The notes under the pieces are model-generated. The model worked only from the letters and a program-made list of their open reading frames with translations, did not search any database and had not been told where the DNA came from. A stretch of DNA of 57,991 bases. Source: a candidate division WWE3 bacterium UBA1397. GTDB lineage: Bacteria; Patescibacteriota; WWE3; UBA101185; UBA10185. This document shows, piece after piece, positions 19,707 to 29,823 of the stretch (its first letter is position 1; the number at the start of each line of letters is the position of its first letter). The stretch is taken from contig DBQJ01000021.1 in NCBI GenBank assembly GCA_002305205.1, positions 6,448-64,438 on the forward strand. Reading direction: 5' to 3'. A program made the translations under genes and the position numbers.

Positions 19707-20168
19707 CTAGTAAAAATATTTATTATCTTCAAAGTATTTCTTATACTCTGTTCTTATATTTTCTAGTCTTACTGTAGCTACATTTGTATTTTGACCAAAT
19801 CCTCTAAGTTCGTACTCTCCTGTAGCTAGTTTATAAATCAAAGCGGTAAACATTTTGTCTGGTTTATTCACAAATATGATTTCAAGTTGTTTTCCTCCTG
19901 CTAAAGAGTTGTTTTCTTCGTATACAATAAAAGGACTTTCATAATAACTATTATCATAATCGCTTAAACCATTAGAAGTTTTACTACTTGATGTTTTTAG
20001 GTATTCATTTAATCGCTCTCTTAAGAACATTGCTTCTGCATTGTTAAAATAAGGGCTTTCATTTGTTGTTATCTGTGAAGGAGTTGGGTTCTTTGTATTA
20101 CTAAGTAAAAGTAATCCGCTAAGAGCCGTAATGCCTATAATTAAGGGTATTATGATTTTCTTTTTCAT
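19707..20168 (-). CDS. Hypothetical secreted or membrane-anchored protein
   Basis: MKKK plus hydrophobic signal. Confidence 0.7.
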   Translation of the reverse strand: MKKKIIIPLIIGITALSGLLLLSNTKNPTPSQITTNESPYFNNAEAMFLRERLNEYLKTSSSKTSNGLSDYDNSYYESPFIVYEENNSLAGGKQLEIIFVNKPDKMFTALIYKLATGEYELRGFGQNTNVATVRLENIRTEYKKYFEDNKYFY

Positions 20169-20171
20169 CTT

Positions 20172-20696
20172 TCAGTCTTTTCTACCAATTATGTACAACA
20201 TTAGCATTAAAATCCCATATCCAATCAAAATGATGGTACCGAATATTTGAAACTTATCTAAGAGGATTAAAAAGATGACAATAGGTATAAAAATGATTCC
20301 TATACCTAGGGTAATATGAAGAAGCGTTTTCCAAAAACTTTTTGTGCTAATAAGTGCCGACATTTTACCGATACTTGTTATGCTGACTTCGTGCGTTTCT
20401 TTAAGATAACTTTTATTGTTATTGAAAATACTTTCCCAATTATTTTTAGTACCCGTTTCTTTCCATAAATAATAAACTCCATAGAGTAATAAAAAGACGA
20501 CAACAAAGCTTCCACCTTCTAAAATCTGCCCTACTCCTTGTACTTCTAGCGTTTCATTTTCATGGTTATATCCCCACCCGAATGATTCTCCTAACCAATA
20601 TCTAATCTGATAAAAACCTGAAAACAAATAAATAATCAGTACAAGCCAAAATATCCATTTTATTAATCTTTCACCTAAACTATCTTTTCGCGGCAT
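20172..20696 (-). CDS. Hypothetical 4-TM membrane protein
   Basis: Hydrophobic ORF directly downstream of the structured leader. Confidence 0.7.
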   Translation of the reverse strand: MPRKDSLGERLIKWIFWLVLIIYLFSGFYQIRYWLGESFGWGYNHENETLEVQGVGQILEGGSFVVVFLLLYGVYYLWKETGTKNNWESIFNNNKSYLKETHEVSITSIGKMSALISTKSFWKTLLHITLGIGIIFIPIVIFLILLDKFQIFGTIILIGYGILMLMLYIIGRKD

Positions 20697-20700
20697 AAAA

Positions 20701-20805
20701 AAGGGACCACTTCCTTGTCCCTAGCCGCGAAGCATTGAGTCCAGAGGGAAGTAGCCCCTTTTCGGACTCAACGCTTTTTAAGCGTATACTTTTTTCGCGG
20801 CTAGG
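20701..20805 (-). ncRNA. Candidate structured leader RNA, copy 1
   Basis: Stems CCTAGCCGCGAA/TTCGCGGCTAGG and GCGTTGAGTCC/GGACTCAATGC; loop AAGGGGCTACTTCC complementary to GGAAGTGGTCCCTT 4 nt before the ATG. Confidence 0.75.
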
Positions 20806-21152
20806 TTGTAATGAGCCCATTATCTCACTATAAGCATTTTCTGACTATATTTTTTCTATAAAGGGAAAGCGTATAAACTACACGTAGCGATTGAGATTAT
20901 TTCAATAGGTTTGTATTAATATAACTGTTATTATTCCTTGTAGTTAAGGGATAGGTATTAAAATACATTAAAAATAAAAAAATGCTTTATAAAGGGTATA
21001 GATTACATACTCTTTAACCTATATATCCTATTATTTACACCTATTATTTTCCATCAAAGGTGTGATGCTATGACCCGATTAAGACCAACGGGGGTGTGTA
21101 AACTTGAGCTACCCGTACCCTATATAACCTGAAATAGTATAATTGCCTTATT

Positions 21153-21929
21153 ATGACGATGAATATTAAGCTTTCCCCAAAGGTTTCCTTCAATGAAGTT
21201 GATGACCATGACCGCATGTTTTGTTTACTCCTTGCATTTCATTCTAGCTTTCAAAAGGATATAAACGATGCTAGAAAAGTACTCAATATTAAACAAATAG
21301 TAGATTACCCTAAAGACGCAACAATGTCTGATTTAATAAGGTTGTTTTCCCGAACAGTTAAAGGCTCCTCACTTGATAAAGTTACTGAGTCCCTAATGAG
21401 AAAATACGAACTCACAGATAATTGGAAATATTCAATAAAATCAGCTCTTGTTACAAACACCTTATTAGTTCCCGAGGATATCGAACCAATGTTTATCTCT
21501 TTACCTAGCCGTACTAAACCCCTTATATTAGAGATTTTAGAGACAGATGACCCGAAGTTGAAAGAATACCTTATTACTAAAAGATTGTTTGAGGCATATA
21601 AATACCCTTCTATTGAGATTAGAAGGCAAGTCTCTATTAATGAGATAAAAACTTGGTTAACTAAGCATAAAGATGTTTTCGACCTTTTACAGATGGAAGT
21701 GCCTCGAAAGAACACAGTGAGTATAGAGGAAAAAACATTTTATTGGGGAACTATGGTTGCTCTTAATACGCATGAAGGTAAGAAACCCGAATATACTAAA
21801 CTATGTACTATGTTTAACGATGCCTTTGACCCTCAAGAGATTCCTTTTGAAGTACCAGATGAGGCCGCGTTAAGAACACATTACATGACTTATCTTAAAT
21901 CCTTAAAAAATCGCGGTATGCCCGCATAA
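21153..21929 (+). CDS. Hypothetical protein (element backbone, possible regulator)
   Basis: 258 aa ORF divergent from the membrane-protein operon. Confidence 0.65.
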   Translation: MTMNIKLSPKVSFNEVDDHDRMFCLLLAFHSSFQKDINDARKVLNIKQIVDYPKDATMSDLIRLFSRTVKGSSLDKVTESLMRKYELTDNWKYSIKSALVTNTLLVPEDIEPMFISLPSRTKPLILEILETDDPKLKEYLITKRLFEAYKYPSIEIRRQVSINEIKTWLTKHKDVFDLLQMEVPRKNTVSIEEKTFYWGTMVALNTHEGKKPEYTKLCTMFNDAFDPQEIPFEVPDEAALRTHYMTYLKSLKNRGMPA

Positions 21930-21988
21930 ATACCTGTTCGTTAACTAGGTCTTTTATCAAAGTATTAATCACGATTTAGATTAAGCTT

Positions 21989-22252
21989 ATGATTTATGAA
22001 AATAAACATAAGCCTGAAAATGAGAACAATTATTACAACACCTCTGATTTATATCTTGTTGCAACCTTAACTCTTTGGTATCCCATTGAGAGTCTAGACA
22101 AAACAAATCCCGAAAAAACCGTTTTCAACTTTCTTTTTACCGAAGATTTCCAAAAAACTTTAGATAAATATTGGCGTAATGAACTTTTAGTTGAACCTAA
22201 AGCATTACTTAATAACCTCAAAGTAATCAAAACTAGGTTATATGAGGAGTAA
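21989..22252 (+). CDS. DUF5659-like protein
   Basis: TSDLYLVATL...F.F...YW...L.VEP; paralog of 14411. Confidence 0.78.
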   Translation: MIYENKHKPENENNYYNTSDLYLVATLTLWYPIESLDKTNPEKTVFNFLFTEDFQKTLDKYWRNELLVEPKALLNNLKVIKTRLYEE

Positions 22253-22254
22253 GC

Positions 22255-22404
22255 ATGCTTTCGGAAAGTTTATTACTTGAACTTACTCAGTTATTCAAAG
22301 AGGAGTTCAGTATTGAACTAACAAAAGAGGATACAAAGGATTTAGCAGATTTTTTGTTGAGTTATTTCTCGTTGCTGCTAGGTATAGGTGAAGGATATGA
22401 ATAA
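22255..22404 (+). CDS. Small unannotated protein (49 aa)
   Basis: MLSESLLLELTQLFKEEFSIELTKEDTKDLADFLLSYFSLL..., preceded by GAGGAG. Confidence 0.65.
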   Translation: MLSESLLLELTQLFKEEFSIELTKEDTKDLADFLLSYFSLLLGIGEGYE

Positions 22405-22615
22405 CGATAAACGACTTGATATCAATAGACTTTGTTATTTCGTGGACCTTTACTGTAAAAAAGTTGATTTAGGTTCGAAGTATTTTATGTTGCGAGTAGA
22501 AGCTCTTAGAAAAGGTGACAAAGAAAAAGTTGAATACATAGAAAACATGTTACTAAAACCTGCTGATATTCAAGCCGAATATGCAGCAAAGAAGATTTTG
22601 CAAGTATTAAGTTAA
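22388..22615 (+). CDS. Small hypothetical protein
   Basis: 75 aa ORF within the operon; ATG 22397 is the likely start. Confidence 0.55.
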   Translation: MKDMNNDKRLDINRLCYFVDLYCKKVDLGSKYFMLRVEALRKGDKEKVEYIENMLLKPADIQAEYAAKKILQVLS

Positions 22616-22629
22616 CAGGAAATATTTTT

Positions 22630-23994
22630 ATGAAAAATGTAGATGAAGAAATATATGAAGAAATATATGAAGATGAAAATCTAGATAGTTTCCCAATAGA
22701 TACATCAATATTTAAGCCCATGGGTGCTAGTGACATTATCCGTATTTTGGAACCCACAATTAAACAAGATAATACTAATAAGTTTTTGGTGTTTGCTGCG
22801 ATGCTAAATGCATACACAGAAGAAAATCAGATGAATATTGCTTTTATTGCTCCCTCTAGCTCGGGTAAGAGTCATATACCCCATGAGGTATCCATGTTAT
22901 TTCCGAAAGAAGACATCATAATGCTGGGGTCTGCCTCCCCAACAGCCTTTTATCATGACATGGGTGCTTATGATAAAGAAACTAATACACTAACAGTTGA
23001 TTTGGAAAGAAAAATAGTTATCTTTTTAGACCAACCGAACACTGCATTATTGGAGAGGTTAAGAGCACTCTTGTCTCATGATGAAAAGGAAGTAAAAAAC
23101 AAAATAACCGATAAAAGTGAGAAAAAAGGTATGAGAACTAAGAATGTTATTTTGCGTGGGTTCTCAACATTCGTGTTCTGTACTGCGGGTCTAAAAGTAG
23201 ATGAGCAGGAAAGTACAAGGTTTTTACTTTTAAGTCCTGAAATAAATCAAGAAAAAATCCGTGAAGCTGTATTGCAAAGGATTCGCAAGGGTTCCGACTC
23301 TGAAAGCTTTTATAAGATATTAAACTCCGACCCAGAAAGGAAGTTACTTAAACAAAGAATATTAGCCATAAAACAAGCTCACATTATAGATATAAAAATA
23401 CATAATCCAAATCTGGTTGAGGAGATGTTTTTTCAAAGGCAAAAGAAGTTAAAACCCCGTGACCAGAGAGATATTGCGAAGATTATGAACATAATAAAAT
23501 CGTTTGCATTGATTAATTATTGGTTTAGGGAAAAGGATGGTTTAAGCATAGTAGCTAATGACGAAGATATCAAAAATGCATTTGAAATATGGGATTCTTT
23601 ATCAGATGCTCAATCTTTAGGGTTACCTCCTTATATTTACGATTTATATAATGATGTGATTGTTGCTGAGTTTCATAAGGTTAACGATAAGAATATTGGT
23701 GTTCCAGTAGGCTTAACACGCGGCAGAATCTCATCTACCCATTATGAAGTATATGGTCGATATATTGCTGATTGGCAATTACGCCAAATAATAACCATGT
23801 TAGAAACAGCTGGTCTTATTTATCAGGAGGCTGACGAAATAGATAAAAGGAAAATGTTAGTCTATCCAACTTTTGCCAAAAAGGAGTCCCGTTCAAATAA
23901 TAGTGAGGTGATAGGTGGGGTTCTAGCAGATTTAGACAATCCTGAGGGTTTACTTGATATTTTCGATGGAAATCTCCCCGATTTAGATATATAA
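22630..23994 (+). CDS. P-loop ATPase, putative replication helicase/primase-associated, with C-terminal wHTH
   Basis: Walker A APSSSGKS, Walker B-like VIFLDQ, arginine-finger-like STRF. Confidence 0.7.
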   Translation: MKNVDEEIYEEIYEDENLDSFPIDTSIFKPMGASDIIRILEPTIKQDNTNKFLVFAAMLNAYTEENQMNIAFIAPSSSGKSHIPHEVSMLFPKEDIIMLGSASPTAFYHDMGAYDKETNTLTVDLERKIVIFLDQPNTALLERLRALLSHDEKEVKNKITDKSEKKGMRTKNVILRGFSTFVFCTAGLKVDEQESTRFLLLSPEINQEKIREAVLQRIRKGSDSESFYKILNSDPERKLLKQRILAIKQAHIIDIKIHNPNLVEEMFFQRQKKLKPRDQRDIAKIMNIIKSFALINYWFREKDGLSIVANDEDIKNAFEIWDSLSDAQSLGLPPYIYDLYNDVIVAEFHKVNDKNIGVPVGLTRGRISSTHYEVYGRYIADWQLRQIITMLETAGLIYQEADEIDKRKMLVYPTFAKKESRSNNSEVIGGVLADLDNPEGLLDIFDGNLPDLDI

Positions 23995-24001
23995 TTACTG
24001 T

Positions 24002-24083
24002 GCGTTCAGGAATACTATTGGATTTTTTTATGCCTCCATTGGTACAGAACCCAATAGTTCTGAACGCGACCAGTGGGGGCATA
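24002..24083 (+). promoter_or_regulatory. Candidate pseudoknot leader over the recombinase B translation initiation region
   Basis: Stem 24002-24021/24051-24067; loop ATGCCTCCATTGGT pairs with ACCAGTGGGGGCAT (24069-24082); ATG at 24088. Confidence 0.65.
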
Positions 24084-24087
24084 TTTT

Positions 24088-25701
24088 ATGAAAAAAGCAT
24101 TAATATTTTGTAGAGTAAGTTCAAAGGAACAAGAAGAAACGGGCTACTCTTTACCTGCCCAGAAAAAACTTCTTGAAGATTACTCAATCCAACACGACTA
24201 TATAGTTGCCAAAGTATTTTCCATATCAGAATCCGCTAGCGGTGAAAAACAAAGAAAAATATTTAATGAGATGTTAGCTTACCTCGAGAAGAATCACATA
24301 GATATTTTAGTAGTTGAAAAAACTGACCGTCTTACAAGAAATCATCGGGATGCTGTTGAAGTAGATAAATGGATAAATAAGGATTCAAATAGACAAGTTC
24401 ATTTTGTTAAAGAAAACTTTGTTCTACATAAGGACTCAAAATCTAATGAAAAGTTTATATGGAACATTAAGGTTTCAGTTGCTCAATATTACATTGATAA
24501 CTTGAGTGAGGAAGTTAAAAAGGGACAGAAAGAAAAGCTTTCACAAGGTTGGCTACCTACAAAACCGCCCATAGGATACAAAACAATTGGTGAAAAAGGA
24601 CATCGTATACATGTAGTTGATGAAATCACAAAACCATTAGCAATCAAAATGTTCAAATACTATGTTTCAGGTAATTATTCTTTAGAGAGACTCGCCACTA
24701 AGTTATATGAGGAGGGTTTGAGGTCCGTTAATGGTAAGAAGGTTCCTAAAAGTAGAATCCATGAATATTTATCCGACCCATTTTACATTGGTATGAATAG
24801 GTGGAACGGTAAGCAAAGTAATGGTAATCAAGAAACATTTATAGATAAGGATATATTCAACAAAGTCCAGTTACTGCTAAAAGGCAAAACAACACCAAAG
24901 GTTAATAAACATGATTTTCCATTTAAGGGACAGGTAAAATGTGCTGAGTGTAAAGGTTTAGTAACTTGGGAAATCCAAAAAGGTACTAATTATGGTCATT
25001 GTAACCATTACAGACCATGTTCACAACTAAAGTGGGTAAAAGAAAAGAACTTGGAAAATCAAGTAAAGCCATCTATAGCAGCTCTTAAGGTGAAAAATGA
25101 ACGGTTGCTGGATTGGATACGTAGGGCATTAAAAGAAACCCATTACGAGGAATCACGACAATATGAGAATGTATCCAAAAGCCTCCAGGAAAGAGACGAA
25201 CAGCTTAAAAAGAGATTAAGTGCTCTTTATATCGACAAACTAGATGGAAAGATAACTGAAGATTTCTATCAGGAAAAGTTTCAGGAGTTTACAGGCGAAA
25301 GAAACGAACTAGTAGAGCAAAGAAAGAAGCTCAATACTAAAGATAATAGCTTTTATGAGAAAACTACTGCTTTATACGATGTTGCTCAAAAAGGGATTGA
25401 TATATACGAAGCATCTAAAGAGTTTAGGAAACGCCGATTAATAAAACTTATTTTTACTGATATGACCCTTAATAACGGAATCCTTGATTTTGCATATACC
25501 AAGCCATATAGAATGTTACGCAGGGCTGTGGAAGAAACTAACGGTTCGAAAATAGCTGAAAACCCTACTTTTATGGAAAATATTTTCGAACTTAAGGATT
25601 TTGGCGATGTTAAAGCAAAAATGGAGTCTTTAGGCGTTGATTGTTCTAATTGGCTCCCCATTGTTGTATTTATCCGAAGTTTGATACCTGTATTGGTATA
25701 A
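24088..25701 (+). CDS. Large serine recombinase of element B
   Basis: FCRVSS, KTDRLTRN, PPIGY, CAEC zinc ribbon and coiled coil; reads through the att core. Confidence 0.95.
   Translation: MKKALIFCRVSSKEQEETGYSLPAQKKLLEDYSIQHDYIVAKVFSISESASGEKQRKIFNEMLAYLEKNHIDILVVEKTDRLTRNHRDAVEVDKWINKDSNRQVHFVKENFVLHKDSKSNEKFIWNIKVSVAQYYIDNLSEEVKKGQKEKLSQGWLPTKPPIGYKTIGEKGHRIHVVDEITKPLAIKMFKYYVSGNYSLERLATKLYEEGLRSVNGKKVPKSRIHEYLSDPFYIGMNRWNGKQSNGNQETFIDKDIFNKVQLLLKGKTTPKVNKHDFPFKGQVKCAECKGLVTWEIQKGTNYGHCNHYRPCSQLKWVKEKNLENQVKPSIAALKVKNERLLDWIRRALKETHYEESRQYENVSKSLQERDEQLKKRLSALYIDKLDGKITEDFYQEKFQEFTGERNELVEQRKKLNTKDNSFYEKTTALYDVAQKGIDIYEASKEFRKRRLIKLIFTDMTLNNGILDFAYTKPYRMLRRAVEETNGSKIAENPTFMENIFELKDFGDVKAKMESLGVDCSNWLPIVVFIRSLIPVLV
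25649..25694 (+). repeat. att junction 3 (B/C)
   Basis: Near-identical to 10306-10351. Confidence 0.9.
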
Positions 25702-25749
25702 AAACCAACAAAAAATCACTATTTACTTATCCACGAGCCTTATATTCAA

Positions 25750-25771
25750 TATATGAATATGAGTTCATATA
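25750..25771. promoter_or_regulatory. ArsR/SmtB-type operator palindrome TATATGAA-N6-TTCATATA
   Basis: Perfect inverted repeat at the start of the ArsR gene. Confidence 0.65.
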
Positions 25772-26061
25772 ACTGTTGTAAGCCAGACGAACATACTTAT
25801 AGACAGGTAACTACTATATCCTCACTTCTAAAACTTGTTGGAGAAGAAAGTAGATTGAAGATTCTCTGTATTTTGATGAAGGGTCAGCATTGTGTTTGTG
25901 AGATATTGGAACATCTTAAACTTTCCCAAAGCCTTGTATCCCATCATCTTCAGGACCTTAAAACAGCAAGTTTAATAGTGGATGAGAAAAAAGGTCAGTA
26001 TGTCTATTACTCATTAACGGAAGAAGGTAAAAGGGTTACAAAGTTAATTTTCCAATTATAA
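25753..26061 (+). CDS. ArsR/SmtB transcriptional regulator
   Basis: RLKIL...HCVCEI...SQSLVSHHL, YYSL. Confidence 0.92.
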   Translation: MNMSSYNCCKPDEHTYRQVTTISSLLKLVGEESRLKILCILMKGQHCVCEILEHLKLSQSLVSHHLQDLKTASLIVDEKKGQYVYYSLTEEGKRVTKLIFQL

Positions 26062-26063
26062 CT

Positions 26064-26753
26064 ATGAAAAACCTAACTATTGAATGGAAGCATTATGATA
26101 AGCAAGGAAAGACCTGCATACGATGTACCGATACTGGTAAATCTTTAAGGCAGTTATTTACCGAAATAGGTGATTTACCGGAGTTAAAAGATGTAAAGAT
26201 TAGTTTCATTGAAACGAAGTTATCGGAAAACCAAATGTCAGAGTCAAACAGCCTTCTACTAAATGGCGTGCCTATTGAAGATTTGATTGGAGCAACAATT
26301 TCTCATAACGCTTGTGACTCGTGTTCGGACCTTGCGGATAGCGACTGTTATTGTAGAGCAGTTACTGTAGAAAACATTACTTATGAAAGCATACCTGTTG
26401 AGCTGATTAAAAAAGCGGTCTTAAAAGTATTAAACGCTCCAGATTCTAATAAATTGAAAGGAGTAAATATGAACATTCAAGTATTGGGTTCCGGCTGTCC
26501 CACCTGTAAAAAGTTACACGAGATTACCAAACAAGCCGTTAAGGAGTTAAACCTTTCTGTAGAAGTAGATTACATAACCGATGTTACAAAGATAATAGAA
26601 ATGGGTGTAATGAGTAGCCCCGTCCTTGCTGTTAATGGTAAACCGGTGATGGTAGGTTTTACCCCTGATATAGATAAGATTAAAGGGGCGATTTCAATGG
26701 GAATAATAAACAGTAATACTTCTGGTGGTTGTAGTTGCGGAGGAAATTGTTAA
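26064..26753 (+). CDS. DUF2703-like domain fused to a small redox-active disulfide (thioredoxin-like) domain
   Basis: TCIRCTDTG, SNSLLLNGVPIE; second domain IQVLGSGCPTC...GVMSSP. Confidence 0.8.
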   Translation: MKNLTIEWKHYDKQGKTCIRCTDTGKSLRQLFTEIGDLPELKDVKISFIETKLSENQMSESNSLLLNGVPIEDLIGATISHNACDSCSDLADSDCYCRAVTVENITYESIPVELIKKAVLKVLNAPDSNKLKGVNMNIQVLGSGCPTCKKLHEITKQAVKELNLSVEVDYITDVTKIIEMGVMSSPVLAVNGKPVMVGFTPDIDKIKGAISMGIINSNTSGGCSCGGNC

Positions 26754-26755
26754 TT

Positions 26756-27736
26756 ATGGACATTTTCAGCCCGCTACAGTTGTTTGCAGACCTTGTTACA
26801 TACCATTTGTTAGGTGTGGTACCCCATTCCTATCTTGGGGATACCATAAACTTCTTTATCTACGATGTTCTAAAAATAGGGCTTCTCCTTGTAGCTATAA
26901 ATTATTTAATGGCTGTGGTGCGTTTCTACTTCCCAATGGAGAAAGCACGGGACATACTTACTAAACGCAGATGGTATGGATTGGATTATTTACTAGCCGC
27001 TTTGCTCGGAGTAGTGACCCCATTTTGTTCGTGTTCATCTATTCCATTATTTATCGGGTTTGTCGGCGCGGGTATTCCTCTTGGTGTAACCTTCGCTTTT
27101 CTTATTAGCTCGCCTTTAATAAATGAGGCGTCCCTTTATTTATTCCCAGCTATGTTTGGTATGAAAGTGACAATTATTTACAACCTGATTGGAATAGCTG
27201 TTGCGGTATTAGGTGGCTTAATAATACAAAAGCTAAATGTTGAAAGGTTTGTTAAACCGGAGCTGTTAAAGTTTAAGTCAAAGCAACAGGTTATTATAGA
27301 AAACGGAGGTTCCCCCCTCCCTTTCAAAGAGTTAATTAAGTATTTCTGGAAAGATGGAATGAGCATAACCAAGAATGTTTTCCCCTATGTTGTTTTAGGG
27401 GTTAGCGTTGGTGCTTTAATACACGGCTTTGTTCCAGCATCTTTAGTTGAAAAATATCTGTCGGCAAGGACTATATGGGCGATACCATTAGCTGTTTTAC
27501 TTGGGGCACCTTTATACGCAAACTCTGTAAGTGTAATACCTGTAATGGAAGCCCTAGTTGGAAAGGGCGTCCCTTTGGGGACAGCATTAGCCTTTATGAC
27601 ATCTATTGTTACAATTTCAATCCCCGAAGCTCTGATTTTGAAAAAGGTAATGAGATGGCAACTACTGGCTACCTTTTTTGGCATTACTGTTGCTGGAATA
27701 ATAGTGATGGGTTATATACTTAATATAGTTATTTGA
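26756..27736 (+). CDS. ArsP/DUF318-family permease
   Basis: TPFCSCSSIP, FLISSP and GVPLGTALAF motifs. Confidence 0.88.
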   Translation: MDIFSPLQLFADLVTYHLLGVVPHSYLGDTINFFIYDVLKIGLLLVAINYLMAVVRFYFPMEKARDILTKRRWYGLDYLLAALLGVVTPFCSCSSIPLFIGFVGAGIPLGVTFAFLISSPLINEASLYLFPAMFGMKVTIIYNLIGIAVAVLGGLIIQKLNVERFVKPELLKFKSKQQVIIENGGSPLPFKELIKYFWKDGMSITKNVFPYVVLGVSVGALIHGFVPASLVEKYLSARTIWAIPLAVLLGAPLYANSVSVIPVMEALVGKGVPLGTALAFMTSIVTISIPEALILKKVMRWQLLATFFGITVAGIIVMGYILNIVI

Positions 27737-27746
27737 AAGAGGTTAT

Positions 27747-28238
27747 ATGGCTAAAAATCTTTTCAGACTACAGACAACCGTTTTGTTAGTTGGAACATTA
27801 TTTGCTTGGTTTACTGTCTATACCGATTTTTCCCGTTTCTATAATCTATATGGTTCTCTGACCAGAATATCCGGTTGTACTATACCTAATCCTGTTACAA
27901 CACCTTGTTTTTACGGGGCATTTGCGTTCCTGTTAGGTTTTATTTGGTCCTTTAACATCCTTAAAAAGGTTCTGAAAGACGAAACTGTGGTTAGTGAGCA
28001 AAGGAATCTAGGGTATCTGTTAGTTGCAGGCACACTATTTGCCTGGGGCAACTTTTCTTACGAACTAATAAAATACTATACTGCAACAACTGCCGTGAAG
28101 GTATCTTGTTCTGGGGTAGCTACAAACAATGTATTTTTAACTTCCTGCTTTTATGGCTCCGTTATCTTCCTGGCAGCTCTAATCATTTCTACAGTTATAA
28201 GAAAAAGTGTTTTACGAATAAAACCCGAGGCAAACTGA
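27747..28238 (+). CDS. Membrane protein with duplicated Cys-containing repeat
   Basis: Two GTLFAW...C...CFYG repeats. Confidence 0.7.
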   Translation: MAKNLFRLQTTVLLVGTLFAWFTVYTDFSRFYNLYGSLTRISGCTIPNPVTTPCFYGAFAFLLGFIWSFNILKKVLKDETVVSEQRNLGYLLVAGTLFAWGNFSYELIKYYTATTAVKVSCSGVATNNVFLTSCFYGSVIFLAALIISTVIRKSVLRIKPEAN

Positions 28239-28242
28239 AAAA

Positions 28243-29364
28243 TTAGTTTGTAAGGTTATATTCAATAAAAGAAGAATCATCATATTTTCCATTCTGCATC
28301 CTATGAGAGATTCCATCTGATTTTAGCTTAACCTCGACCTTTAGTTTTCCATTAGCATTTTGAAAATCTTGCGGTGTTACTTTATACAGAAAGTACGGTT
28401 TTTCGGAAAAAGCATTAGCTCCTCTGGTTTGTGTATAGAAAGCAGTAAAATCCGGCGAGTTAGATGAGAATAAATAGTACAGTTTCTTATCCTCTTTTAA
28501 GTTTGTTCCGGTAGCAGCGATAAAAAGATAATCTCCAGCCTTCAGGTTTGTTGATGAAGTTGTAACCGTGTATTTCTCCGGACCCGTGTAACCATTTGAT
28601 GCAGATTGTTTCACAATGGTTCCTAAATCATCGTACACCTCACTAATAATTGGGTACTGTTGGTCATTGATACCGTAATAAACTTGACTATCTTCCGCAT
28701 TAGTTTCCTTTTCTCCGGCTAGCAGTTCCTTTATTGTTGGTTTATATCTGTTGTTTATGGCTTGTTGGTTAAATGCAGAATAATCTGGATTTTGCTCAAG
28801 ATTGTTTTCGATATTAAAATCTGTGTTTGCTTTGTTTAAGGTGTTCCAACTAGCCATTTTTGCCGGATAGGTTTCGTTAGCGTATTTATTCCACATTTCA
28901 TCTGTCATCTGGTTGTTGTAATAGGCACGCATATTATCAAGATATTCTTTATCTAACGCATAAAGTTGTTTTTTTTCGTCTAGCCGGTTGTTGATTAGCT
29001 CTGTGAACTTCTCCCAAGCCTGCGGGTCTATCTTTGCCGCTTGTTCTGTTAAATCAACGGATTTTTTAAGGTTAGTATTTAAGTTGTTTTCAAAAAGGTT
29101 TATAGCTTCTAATCCTTTTTCAGAACGGATTATAGTTCCCTTAACATAGTCGCTAATTGCTAGGTCTTTTATTGAATAAATTGACGCTGCTTCGGCTGAT
29201 TGGTGAAGCAAGTCTCTGGCATTGTTAATATCGGCAAATACTCGCTTTTGCTGATAAGCATCACGGGCGTTCAAATAAGTACCCGCTACAAACAGCCCTG
29301 CAAAACCTAAACAAAAAACAACAAATATAACTCCAAGTATTTTCAAGATTTTCTTAACTTTCAT
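28243..29364 (-). CDS. Hypothetical membrane-anchored exported protein
   Basis: 373 aa, N-terminal TM. Confidence 0.7.
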   Translation of the reverse strand: MKVKKILKILGVIFVVFCLGFAGLFVAGTYLNARDAYQQKRVFADINNARDLLHQSAEAASIYSIKDLAISDYVKGTIIRSEKGLEAINLFENNLNTNLKKSVDLTEQAAKIDPQAWEKFTELINNRLDEKKQLYALDKEYLDNMRAYYNNQMTDEMWNKYANETYPAKMASWNTLNKANTDFNIENNLEQNPDYSAFNQQAINNRYKPTIKELLAGEKETNAEDSQVYYGINDQQYPIISEVYDDLGTIVKQSASNGYTGPEKYTVTTSSTNLKAGDYLFIAATGTNLKEDKKLYYLFSSNSPDFTAFYTQTRGANAFSEKPYFLYKVTPQDFQNANGKLKVEVKLKSDGISHRMQNGKYDDSSFIEYNLTN

Positions 29365-29819
29365 TTTAGAGCCTCCTTTTTGAATAAAGAAAATAAATAG
29401 AAAAGATAAAAAGATGCAGCCAAATCTAACGGCACCCAGGTGCTTCTTGGAAGTTCCGGAACAACAAATGGATTAAATAAAACAAGAATGGAGATTAAAC
29501 CAAATAACCTAATGTCTGAAACATACTTTTTATACCTTACAAGAAGGTAGGAACCTATCACGATAGTGAAAAGTCGCAGGGCATCGTAATAATCAAAATC
29601 GTAATCGTCCGCTTCAAATGGGAGCACCGCCAACAGATACATACCACATAGCGGTAACAAGCATAATTGTGCAAGTTTGTTTAGGTTATTTTTAGTAAAT
29701 AACGATGAAATAAAGTGCTTTATCTTAATAAAATTATCTCGAAATAACAGCACAACTACAGGGATTCCAATGAAGAATAAAATAGGCAATATAGTGTTGT
29801 ATACCGTACTTTCTGACAT
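29361..29819 (-). CDS. Membrane protein (DUF6804-like C-terminus)
   Basis: YY..LR...LFNPF.P..L.R..W..D pattern. Confidence 0.65.
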   Translation of the reverse strand: MSESTVYNTILPILFFIGIPVVVLLFRDNFIKIKHFISSLFTKNNLNKLAQLCLLPLCGMYLLAVLPFEADDYDFDYYDALRLFTIVIGSYLLVRYKKYVSDIRLFGLISILVLFNPFVVPELPRSTWVPLDLAASFYLFYLFSLFKKEALK

Positions 29820-29823
29820 AACA

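Larger units (their letters stand above)
17181..25659 (+). mobile_element. Integrative element B
   Basis: Bounded by ATTGGCTC cores at 17181 and 25649; HNH, protease, DUF5659-like, P-loop ATPase and LSR genes. Confidence 0.83.

Noticed and set aside
10306..25694. One element bounded by the 46 bp repeat
   Set aside because: The internal core at 17181 and the A/C integrase homology fit three units better, although joint A+B excision is not excluded.
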